From Neodothiora populina (taxonomy: Eukaryota), in contig NW_027191417.1 in assembly GCF_041146345.1 (NCBI RefSeq), positions 496,001-560,000 on the forward strand: DNA of 64,000 bases, read 5' to 3'. Made by a program: the position numbers and the translations under genes. Under the pieces are notes generated by a model. The model ran no database searches. It saw only the letters and a list, made by a program, of their open reading frames with translations, and had not been told where the DNA came from. Of the stretch, positions 1 through 11,178 are shown piece after piece; position 1 is the first letter of the stretch; the number at the start of each line of letters is the position of its first letter.

Positions 1-130
1 ACTATTGCTGTTGTATTGGTGGCACTTCTTCTGTTGTGACCTTGTCTACCCTACTCTACTTAGTAGAAACACATTGGGGGCCGTCGCATGCTAGACCCAG
101 AAACCTCTTGCAATCCCATTTCCCCCAGGC

Positions 131-2201
131 TTAAGACCATCTTTTGAACGCAACAATCATACCATAGTCACCCACTGCAATACACCATTTCCCACAATAA
201 CTCCACGCGACCTGCCGACATGCAAAATTCAGTGACCCGGGTATATGAATCAGTTTGTGAGCAGGGATAGGCTTGAGAGGATCCGACAACACTGTGAGCG
301 GTTTTGCTATATCGTTGTCAGTGGCTACTGAGAGTGTCCAGTCGTACGTTTGCAAGAAGTGGGAAATGATGAGTTGCGTCTAGAGTATTTTCAGTATCGG
401 GCGGCTGGTGGGACTCACTGGCTGATTCATCATCGTCCTCAGAGTCGCTCGTAGTCCCTGTATCCTGCTGTCAGTACCGACATATAACTGAAAGGGAGTA
501 GCACGGATGGAGCATCGCGACCGCTGCAATGCCCCGCGATGCACCGGATTTACCCTGTGTATCTGTCGTGTCGTTGTCGAGCTCGTAGGTGTCCAAGAGA
601 TGCTGGAGGTCCCAGAAGCTATACTTGCTGAGCTCGTCGCCCATAGCAAGCATGGGCCGATGGTGTGGCTGGTTGAAAAGACCAAAGCGCATATAGAAGG
701 GTGTTGCTGGCCACAGCTCAAAAGTCAAGAGCAGCTGGAAGCGACCGCCGAATGCTGAGCGAGTGTGAACGCCGGGTTCAGGAATCGGTGGTTCAGGACT
801 ACTGGCGTCAGTATCTATGAGTTGGTAAGGCATTGGTGACAAAGCTCACTCCTCTCCTCCACGCGGAAACCCATCAATTTTCCAGAGAATGATATCATTC
901 CTCTTGAAGTCATCAGGGCTCTTCGTAGGTTTCTTGACCGGGCTGCCTCCGCAAGCGCGCGACAAGATTAGATCACCAAAAAACTCGATGCTGAGACTCT
1001 TTAGATAAGCAGATGTTCAAACAGATCGATGAGCTCTCCACGCACCAATCGACATAATCAGAGTGAATCTCACTCGATGCAAACAGCGGGTAGTGACACT
1101 CCTTGATCACATCCGTGCCCATCTCTTCGTCTGATAGGTCGGGTACGGCCCACTGGTACTTGCATTAGTATTTCCCAGTGGCATGATAGCATTAACATAC
1201 TCACCAGACAGACCATGGTGTCTTCACCTCCCGAAATCAAGTACTTGCCGCTGGAGTGGAAGCCCTATCACAGGTCAGCGACCACGTGCCACACCGCATG
1301 CTGAATGGATGCGATACCAATGTGAGGATGGGCTGAGTATGACCACCGCCGCCCAATATCGCTGCACATGGCTGCTTTTGGTGACGCGGATTTAACGTCC
1401 ACAGTCGGATCGAGTAATCAGCAGAGCCAGACGCCAGTAATGTAGACGATCTCGGTGACACTGCAAGGTCATTGATGTCCTGAGAATCGTGCGGTCAGCA
1501 ATCATACCATAATGTGTACAGATATAGGAGTCTCATGCTTACACCTCCATGACCATTAATCACCTGCGAGTTTCACATATCAGTCCATTGACACATGCAT
1601 TTGGTTGTTTGCATAGACCACAGACCTTGACCAAAGTCCCCGTCAATGGATTAAAGACCTTGATCGACTTCGATCCCGAACCAGCGACACACAGCAGAGG
1701 ATCGCCGGTGCTGATATCCTGCGCCCAGGCAAGAGAGTTGAGTATGAGGTTTTCCTAGGATCGGTTGGCTATTGAGAATCGTGCGCACATTCGGTGTGTT
1801 CTACTTGCATTGGGATCGCGGATGTGTTTCAGAGTATGGAACGTAGTATCGCCCTGACTATCTGGGCGAAGGACGAATACCTACAACAGGCATCAGATGG
1901 CATTCAATGTGAGAGGATCTACCAGGCCAAACAAACATCTCCACTTTCCACTACAGCGAAAATTGGATCGGCATCGGGAACATCGTATGGATAGAACTTC
2001 ACATCGAACACCGGACCTGATTGGGCATTAGATCATGGTCGGAATACAGGCGAGAGGATAAATTACAATCGATGCGTTTCTTTTCCCAGGACGACTGTTG
2101 ACAGTGAGAAACTGCGATAGCGAGAACGCGTGATCCAGAGAACCTACATCGAATAGACGGAAAGTGCCATGGAGTTGCGGAATGTCACCATCAGAAGCCA
2201 T
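131..2201 (-). CDS. eed: Polycomb PRC2 subunit EED/ESC-like WD40 repeat protein (many short introns; the exon structure of the 3' linker is uncertain)
   Basis: Spliced translation from ATG 2201: VFDVKFYPY, LNSLAWAQD..GDPLLCVAG, DINDLAVSP..LLASGSADYSIRLW, CAAILGGGGH..PILTL, SEIHSDYVDC, NDIILWKIDGF, FYMRFGLF, FWDL, CRQVAWS..GKWCIAVGD. These match the fungal EED motif pattern. Stop at 131-133. Confidence 0.85.
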
Positions 2202-2301
2202 TGCTCAATCGATAATCATGCTCTAGGTATCCCACCTAGCGGGGCAAGGTGAGCGAGGCAAGAAATCTGGCGGTGGGAGTTGATCTACAATAACAAGGAA
2301 G

Positions 2302-2307
2302 ACGCGT
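2302..2307. promoter_or_regulatory. Possible MCB (MluI cell-cycle box, ACGCGT) upstream of eed
   Basis: Exact ACGCGT about 100 bp upstream of the eed ATG; a single 6-mer, so weak evidence. Confidence 0.25.
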
Positions 2308-4037
2308 CCAGGCCCGATGCTCGTGACGCCTGGCGGATGTATAACTAATTAAATCGACGATCAAACTTGCTGTTGTGGATATGTTTGCACTCAATCAATA
2401 CATGATATCACATCACGGGAAGGAAATTATGGATGATGCGAGGATGTGAACGTTCTGATTGACTACGAATTGCGTTGACCACCTTGTGTGCATTTGCCAA
2501 TGAGAAAGCGCGCCTACAATCACGCTCACCTTTCGAATGGATGAAAAGCATGCAAAGCAGAAGCTCTGTGTAGTTCAACGCATTGAACAACGAGTAATCG
2601 CAGGGCGGTTTGTTTTGAAGCCCAACAGACGAGAAGGAATCAGCCATGGCATTGGAGAACTTGATTAGAATGGTCTACATGCATGTGTAATCTCATTGTT
2701 CAATCAAGCGGTGGCTGGCATCATATGAGCGCAGATTGCTCCTCAATATATTCATGCGGCAGCTGTACAAGCAGTATTCACGGCGGATATTCCGAGTCTG
2801 TCATCCCTGCCATGCACGAAGTACTGTACAGTGATAATACCAAAGTCCAGCTGTGATTCGTGTCGTTCGTTCTGATAGTGCATGAGGTAAGGCACTGTAC
2901 GTAGCACCTGAAGCACGAAAGGGTCCTGCCGCCTGTTAGTAGCATTTTTGAGGCAGCTTGAGGTATGCCATGCACACTCGGCATAGTACTTTAAGGCACA
3001 CTGCCGAGCGGATCGGCAACGGCTGAACAGCAGCGGCGTTGCTTTGGGGTCGCACCGGTACGCACATCCTGCATCCGCAGAGACCATTTCCCTGTCAATT
3101 GCGCATTCCCAAGATTATTCATTCCCACTCGAGGCTGCTGACGCTGCTAATGCCGTTGTCTAGTACTTCTCCATTGGAATTTGACGATCCCTGGGACGGC
3201 AGGATTGCACATGCAATCGAAGTACATGAAGCGTACCTACAAGGATAAGGTACCTTTTCCTACATTTGTGCACTTGTGTAGATGCTGTGTGCCCGCGCAG
3301 TGGAGTGATTGATGACGTACATGCATTAGGACGGAGGACATGGGCATGTCCCGAAACCACGGCTCTTCAGAAACAGAACGCCAATGGTAGAGAGGGCCAG
3401 CCCGTCTTGCCTCTTGCCCGTTTCTTTCTTCCATTTTTGTAGCTCTGGAAAGCAAACTTCGAAAATATTAAACAGACCCAACACCTCCGACCGTTGCGCA
3501 TTTTCTCAGACGCCGTTCTGAACAGTATCAGTCGTCCACGAATCCCCCAAGATATCAGGTCCTGTTTACCCCGCTATATATTATACATAGTCGGTGGGGC
3601 GCATCCTGTATCCTATACAGTAGCACTCTCGCATGTGGGCTTTGTGACCTGGTCCGGCATCATTGGCCCTACATCGTCGGCTCTGCACACGCACCAGGTA
3701 GTTGCGACTGATCGCGACACCCTGCGTGAGGTAGTGTCTACATTACCGAGGACGGGAGACCTCGCTAGCTGCGCTTTCCTCGCTTGCGCAAAGAGTCTCG
3801 TCGTCCTGCGCCTTCCTCATAAATTCTCGACGTCTACCCTGGTGGCGACCAGACATCTTGAACCACACCTGGCTCCGTTTGTTTTTTAAACTCATCTTCT
3901 AGACTTGTCTTTTTCCGCCTAGGCTTGACGGACCGCCATTCTTTTCTTTTCAAGACTACAGTACCCTGTCGACATACCCAACCCTACTGTCCTTGAATTC
4001 AGCCCTATTCCACCAGACCCGGCACCACTTATCAACC

Positions 4038-5713
4038 ATGGATCTCACCTTCATCTCTATTCATGGTCAAATCATACCTGCCCTGAGCTGTTACATACAA
4101 GTTCGCTAACATGATTTCATGCAGACCTGACGCCCGAGGCTCGGATTCTATATTCCTCCGATTCCATTGTCGATGTGCTCGGATATACTCCCGATGAAAT
4201 CGTCAATCACTCGACGTGGGAATTCTTCCCCGAAGAAGAACTGCCATATGCGCGGAAAGTCCACGCACGAGGAATCGCCATGGACAAGGCTGCGGTGCTT
4301 GCATATTGTCGTGTCAAAGACAGACAGGGCCACTGGATTGGATGCGAATGCTGTTTCACGATTGTCTATGATGTGATGATCGTCTGTACCAGTGTCTACA
4401 GAACCGGCACGGAGAGCCAGAGTGGGTTTTGCTTAGCAACATTACAGCATCACCCAATGCTAATCTTTTGAGCAGAGCGAGCAGCAGAAGCCCCGGTCAT
4501 TCGCAGGCTATTTTCTTCCTCTCCCAAGGACCCGAGATACCACATGTTGTCACACCTCTCTGACAAATTCCGACAGCCAGCGAAGCCTCTCGGCAACGAA
4601 CCTAGAGCGGCCCTTTTCCTCAATCGTTTCACCAGGACCCTGACGATCATGTATGCGACAGGTGGTATCGAGGATGTCTTAGGCATACCGGCCAATGATA
4701 TGCGGGGCCGTAGCTTCTACTACTGCATCTCGGAAAATTGTCTCCCTGATGCAGTCAAGTGTTTGGAGAACGCCAAGGGGAACGACTCGATTGCATATTT
4801 ACGGTTCTGGTTCAGAGATCCAAGACTGGACGATGAGCCACAAAATACTGATGACTCGGCCGACGACAGCGACGAAGAGATGGCAACAGACACGAGTGTG
4901 GATCAAGATGTTGGAGGTGGCGTGCGACTACGCCAGTCAAACGCAACTTCGAGCGCTTCCAACACTATGTCTACAGATGAGGAAATGCACACCGACCAAG
5001 TTCATGACTCCAGGACATCTTCAGGAGCCAGCTCCTCCATGCGGGGGACACATGCGGCAATATTTGGGGACGCTCGAGCGGTAGAGTCATCGACTTCGTC
5101 ACTACCAATCTCACCTGAAGAGAGGAGTAGGTCGCGCCAGAACGATCAACCAATTCTGGATCCAATTGAGCTCGAGGCTGTCATTTCATGCACATCCGAT
5201 GGGCTGGTCGTATGTCTCCGACGTGCTCGCCCAATTGTGCCAACGAGGACTCAAGGACCATACGAGAATGGTCTCTTTGCGGCACCTTGGGCGATGGAGC
5301 CGGTCTTGCCCTCGGTGGAGGCCCGCGCTCAACCCGCATACACTCAGCCGTTTGCACCCGCTTTGGGCCCGCAGTATGCTCATGCACAAAGTCCAATCAG
5401 CGCTGGCGGTCCAGAGCAACACGACTTCATGCAATCGATCCGGGAGCAAGCCGTGTTTGCATGGGCTCTCACGGGCATCAATGGCTCGCTGCAAAAGTTT
5501 GGTTATGGCAGACCATCAGGCGATGCTATGCCTCACGACGGCCTACCTATCTGGGAGAGCGATCCTCATGCTGACCTTTCCCGAAACGATTCCGGACCCA
5601 CCAACCTCGATCCCAAATTTGCTCGCCAGTACCAGAGGGACCGCGATATCTTTGGGGACCCGGGTCTAGACAGGAGTCGACAGAGCACGTCGAGCGCCGA
5701 CAGATCTGCATGA
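4038..5713 (+). CDS. Fungal PAS-domain protein with two PAS folds
   Basis: CAACC-ATG at 4038; introns 4066-4124 and 4422-4475. PAS-like segments ILYSSDSIVDVLGYTPDEIV...YCRVKDRQGHWIGCECCFT and IMYATGGIEDVLGIPANDMRGRSFYYCI. Confidence 0.85.
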
Positions 5714-6227
5714 TGAGCACGACGATTCCAGAGACCATGACCGAGTGCTAGACTTCTGAGTCTAGCAATGATCGGAATGAGATAACGACTTACATTCAAA
5801 CGAGTGATTTTGCGCAAAAGTCAACTCCCAGCGGCATTGGTGTTTTGTTTTGGCAAGCGATTTTGAGCGGACGACAACATCTGAGTAGCGCCTCATACAC
5901 TGACATCAGATCGTATCCGGTGGTCATTCTTTCGGAGATCTACAGGTTAACCTTGAGCGAGCATTTATAGGGTCGGGGACATTACCGGAGAATGAATCGA
6001 TTGAGAGGGAATCATCTGGCGTACAGATTACAACATATTTCAAGGTTGATGGTGAAAAGATATTGTTATATCAAAGGAACTCCACTCATTCGAGGCCGTG
6101 TGCACAAGTAGCGTTGACATTGTCTACCTAGTATGTCCCGAGGTGATGAGGGGTTTTGATGTGGTGATTAGGGCATAATGAGTGACATCTACAATAAGCG
6201 ACATGACCGCCTCGAGTCCCATCACAA

Positions 6228-6331
6228 GGGCTTGTGGTTTAGTGGTATAACGTCTTCTTAGCATCTACAGCCGTGAAGCTGCAGCTCTGACTGAGTGGAG
6301 AAGGTCCCGCGTTCGATTCGCGGCTAGTCCA
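6228..6331 (+). tRNA. tRNA-Ala(AGC) with a 32-nt intron (6264-6295)
   Basis: Acceptor stem GGGCTTG/CTAGTCC, D arm GTTT-AGTGGTA-TAAC, anticodon stem TCTTC/GGAGA with AGC at 6260-6262, T arm CCGCG-TTCGATT-CGCGG, T5 terminator at 6336. Confidence 0.92.
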
Positions 6332-6995
6332 TTGCTTTTTGCGTTTATCCTCCTTGTGCTGCGAAGAGGAATAGCCGTGCTCAGTCGTAGTCGGCTCGTG
6401 GACATATGCGTCTTTCGCGAGTGCAGGTCACGAGATCGTGCTATTCGCGGCACTATTTTTTGGCAGATATCCGTGTAGTAGGCGTCATCGCGGTCCGTGT
6501 AAGGTGGAAGAGGTGTCTGTCAGTCTGATCCAGTCACCTTGCAAGTATTACCTGGGTCCCTTTGACTCATCACATACAATACCTTAGGATACTATAGGCT
6601 GCGACTTTGACCTCCACAGCTTATTCACTCCACCCACACTCAACGTTGATCTGGCGGGGAAAGAGTTGATTGGCGTTCGGTTATCTCGACACACTAACCC
6701 AATGCAAAAGAGATGTGAGAGATAGTCGTACGTATTCGGGTCATCGGTGTATCATGGACTTGTGACTGGTGCAGTGACCCGCTCTCTTTGTCTCTTTGTC
6801 CCTTTGTCCCTTTGTCGCTTCCGACCCCGTCTCCATTCCGTTATCGTCACCACTGCTTCCCCTTGTATTTCCTTTAATACACAACAACGCAACTGCGGTA
6901 CAAGTCACTCTGTTGATTGTCTGATCTCTTCTCCTTTCGGGACTTTGTCTCTTTATCGCTCACCAACCGCTGCCGTACTTTTGCCGTCTTCCATC

Positions 6996-8140
6996 ATGGC
7001 CGTCTTCCCCCCACCGTCGAATTCGAGTGGCGTTGACAGCACTCCCGCCATAGACATCGAAGCCTGGACGGTAAGCCTACCACTGCGCGTGTCTGTACTT
7101 CGGATGTTCGAGCTCAACGTGTCCTGCAGGTAGAGCAAGCAGCGGAGCGTCTCCAGGCCACCAGGATATCGCCCCTTCCCCCGTTGCGCCGAGTCGCCAT
7201 CGAGATCCCACTCGACGAACCCGCCCGTCGCAACCTGCTCGAGACCAGACCCGCCGAAGTCGAATCCACTGCATACCCAGTCTACAAGAAAGAAGCCGTC
7301 CACACCGTCTACAAGCGCAAGGAGCCAGTCCGCCGCGACAGCTTGAAGAGCAGGGAGGCGTCGCTCAAGGGCAAGGAAGGCAGCCGCCGTCGCCAGAGAT
7401 GGGAGAACGATCGCCTGCTGAACAACCCTTATGCGCAACCGCCTCTGCCCAGCGACTGGGAGGTCAGACCCACCTATCCAGTCCACAACGTCCCTTACTT
7501 CCTCGCCCCTCTCTGGGACGCCGAGTACAAGCACAAATCCAGCCTGTCGAACAAGCGATCGCATCGATCCGAAGACCCTCGCGCCCACGGCACTCTCCAA
7601 GACCAAGCAGCGAGCCGCGTGCCTCGCGAGCTCAAGGCCAAGCTGAAAAAAGTCGAGATGCGCCAAGGGCATGCTCCAAGACCTCGAAGAAGAAGTCCGC
7701 CACTTCGTCGAGAGCTGGGACCAGAAGCAGCGCGAGATGGAACACGACGGTCTGATCGATGCAGACAGCGAAGACGAAGAGATTGTCTTCGTCGGCAGGA
7801 ACGGCGCCATGAGCGATGAGCGCAAGCGCGCAAAGGAAGAGGAGCACCTGCGCCGGGATAAATTGATCTACGAGAGTTTGGTCGACGATCACGGCGCCGC
7901 GTTCGGGCACGTTTCTTCTCCCGTCTCCCCTTCATTCTTATTCGTTTGTGAGCAATTTGCTGACTGAACTCACCCAATAGACGCTGGCTCGTCCATTCCA
8001 TCGCCACTTACTACGGCCTCGAGACATGGTCGGTGACCAAGCCCGGTAGTCCCGCGCGCCGCGAGGCCTATGTCGGATTCCGACCCAACTCGCCGCATAA
8101 ACTCGACAAGCTGCCTCAGCCTCTGTGGGGGCTGATTTGA
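6996..8140 (+). CDS. R3H-associated N-terminal domain protein (apparent 1-nt frameshift at A6 run 7646-7651; GC-AG intron 7907-7980)
   Basis: Motifs IDIEAWT, RRDSLKSREASLKGKEGSRRRQRWENDRLLNNP..PPLPSDWEV.PTYP..VPYFLAPLWD, and C-terminal FGRWLVHSIATYYGLETWS; intron 7071-7129. Confidence 0.8.
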
Positions 8141-8481
8141 TTTTTTTCTTCTTTCTCTTCTTTTCTAGCTTCTTGTGGAAGGAGATTCTGGTCCTTCTCT
8201 TCTCTGGCATGGGTCGAGGGCTTTTCTTTGTGGGAAAGAGGGGAGTGATATTTGTTGTTAGATGTATCATTGTACACTCACACACATATCTATATCTATA
8301 TATGCAAAGTCACAGATAGAGCGGGGCTCAAGGTTGTTGCTTCCCCGATGCTTTCTAGATGATCTGATGATTTCTTTCTTGTTTCGTGGGCGAGACACTG
8401 TTCTCCTGTTTCTCATCCTCTTTCCGTTCTCGTCGAGTCTCTATACACTCTTCAGCTTCAAATACATCATGCCCCCAGAGC

Positions 8482-9731
8482 TTAGTTTCCAGTGTCCTCA
8501 CTGCTTTGGGCAGTAGTCTCGATTTTCCTCGCTTCAGCGCCATCAAGTGCTTCACTCTGCTCACGGACAACGGCAGCAGCCGTGCCTTCATCACCGCCCT
8601 TCTTCCCACCACCTCTCCTTCTTGCCCCGCCCGACTTGGCTTTACTCCTAGCCCAGGCCTCCGGCGCCTCCCTGACCACAACGCCATCCTGCACCAGAAC
8701 GCCCAGCCCCCCAGTCCTGTCCTCGACTCTGCTGAAGTACTTCAGTCCGATCAATCCCTGCTCTTCGTTTCCCTCGCTGAGCACGACGCCGTTGGCGCTG
8801 AGCCAGAACTTGTGGCCGCCGTCGCGCATCGCCGAGGCGAGGTCGAGGAATATCAGGATCGACGAGGTCGAGCGCATGCCGGAGATCACCACCGGCTGGT
8901 CTTTTTCCTGTTGTTGTGCTGCTGCATCTTCGGTTGCGCCTGTTGATGGCGGTGCGAGGGGGTTCTCAGAGGAAAGAGGCTTGAAGTGCGCGGGCAGACC
9001 TGATGCGAAATGGATGTGGTTCCGACCCATTTTCATCAGCCCGCCGCTGGCGACGATCGAGACCCATGCTGCGTGTGTGGTGCCGTGCACGATTGTCGAG
9101 CTCGGGATCGTGTCGGGCGTTATGGGTGTCAGCAGGGACTCGGAGGATAGAGCTAGCGAGTGGCCTTGGTTGGCGCGGATGTAGAAGTCTGGGGGGTCCG
9201 TGGGTGTTGAAGAGTCGAGTTGGGCAGTGCTAGCTGGAGGTTGTGCTTCTGCTTCTTTGCTTGAAGGGTCGGAAGAGGATGGTAGTGCTGATTTGTGGAT
9301 CAGAGAGAAGCGCTGTTTATCGTTCTCTGCTACGATTTGTTTCACTTCGTCAAAGGTGACTTTTAGGGACTTCAGATTGCGGTTGTTGAGCTGGGTGGGT
9401 TAGTACGCTGGCCTCGCCACTTTGCGACACGTGAGGTTCATGCTTTCTCCTTTTTCTGTCATGTTGTATCTGGCAATGGATCCGTGGAAGCGGGGATGTA
9501 TAATTTAAGATGAGAACTGTGACCAGGCAGGACTTCAAACTGAATGGGGAACCAAAAGAGGAAAAGGAAAAAGTGGCATCGACTTACAACATCCTTCATG
9601 CTTATGTACCCTCCCTGTCCAAGCTGGAGACCTTCCTTTTCGGCACCATGGCGCAGCAACCAGCTCAACTTCTTTGACACTTGGACTTCTCTGGGCATGG
9701 GACCTCGTCCACCACCTCTTCCGCCAGCCAT
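8482..9731 (-). CDS. TPT1: tRNA 2'-phosphotransferase (Tpt1/KptA family)
   Basis: SKKLSWLLRHG, NDKQRF, IRANQGHS, VHGT, GLMKMGRNHIHFA, ISGMR, FWLSANGVVLSEG; intron 9391-9587. Confidence 0.93.
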
Positions 9732-10638
9732 GAGGAGGCCTTTGAAGGGTATTCTTCTTTTTTTTTTTTTATATTGGGCTTCTCTGCTGTGGTGAAAGGA
9801 AGGTTATTAGTTCGACACCTACGATGGACACGATAGACCGTATCTTGCGACGATACAAGTACGACAGGCAGCAGATGACAGGACTACACTGGACGGTATT
9901 GTGGATCGACGCAACGAGTGAGCAATATCAAGACTCTGGAGAGCTGCTTCCGAGAAGACAAAATACGGGGAAGAAAAAGGCTTGTGACAGCAGCAAGCGT
10001 GTGTGTGCCTGACAGGGCAAGCGGACATAGTCGGACATTCGAGCGACTGCTGCCTCGGAGACCGAGGTTTGCAAAAACATGTGAACAGAGAGAAAAGGAC
10101 AGAACTGGAGGGGCAGACAGGCAGGCAGGCAGGCAGGCAGACAGTCTTCAATGCCGCTGCTCTTGCCAACATACCGACTTCGACAGAGACAGGATGAATG
10201 GTGCCGAATCTCGCAAGGGTTTCCGTATTTCGACAGTCGGGACCCAAGTTGAGAAAACACCGATTCCCGACTACCTAGGTATACATAAGATGACCCAGAC
10301 CGAACTCGAGCGTACCTGGAAAAATGTGGAGGATGTTCCGAGCCCGATCTTCTGGGCGGCACGGCCAATCAACGAGATGAAATTACATGCAATTGTGGCT
10401 TTATGTTTGTGGTTCGGGAATGCAGAGACAGAGACGGAGTTTGAAAAGGCCAGAGTCCGACAGCAGTGCGTCATAGGGCTCTGCCACCACAAACCTTACA
10501 TTGCCAGAGCAGACTGAAAGCAGTAAAGTAGAAGAACCTAGGGTAGGCAGCCGTAAAGTTATACTCAGCAGGCGCCTTTGAATGTTTCTTGTTGTTGTGA
10601 AAAAAGCGATTGTCAGATCCGCAGAGAAATACCCATAC

Positions 10639-10656
10639 CGGCCACCGATACACCCG
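10639..10656. promoter_or_regulatory. CGG-N12-CCG Zn2Cys6-type site matching the AtrR response element spacing
   Basis: CGG-ccaccgatacac-CCG about 400 bp upstream of the atrR-like ATG. Confidence 0.3.
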
Positions 10657-11056
10657 TTCTCGCAATTGTGATGCCCATGAAACCTCATGCCACCCTACCT
10701 TACTCCAAGACTTTCCATGGTCCGTATCGTGCCTGTAAGCCTGTCCTTCTGTCTTGGACCCGGTGCAACTGAATTGCGCCTCACTCTGTAACAAAACGAC
10801 TCGAAGGGTGTCCCCAAGGCAGGGAAGACGCGTCGACAGCCTCGGCATATCTGCCAACACTCGTCCGTGATAGCACCCTTTATCTTATTTTTTCCATACC
10901 TTACTGTATCTCACACTGTACATCATTCTCCACGCGAAAGAAACCACGAGGGTCCGCGGGCTGTAGCTGCCGCCGCCGCCGCCGCCGCCACCTCCGCCGT
11001 CCGCCTTGCTTGAAATACCATTATAGACTTCTTGGCTCACCTGTTGCCCTTGAAAC

Positions 11057-11127
11057 ATGGATCAGTCGCAGCAGCAGCAACAGCAGCAGCAGCAACATCA
11101 GCTCCAACATCATCAACAGCAGCAACC

Positions 11128-11178
<51 letters not shown>

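Noticed and set aside
6953..9184. Long antisense ORFs (290 aa, 230 aa and others)
   Set aside because: Shadows of GC-rich real genes on the opposite strand
6228..9731. Functional clustering of an intron-containing tRNA with the tRNA-splicing enzyme Tpt1
   Set aside because: Intron-containing tRNAs are common and dispersed in these fungi, so proximity is expected by chance
9918..10517. 199-aa ORF between TPT1 and atrR
   Set aside because: Starts at GTG, has no recognisable motif, crosses a (GGCA)n microsatellite, and lies in a divergent promoter
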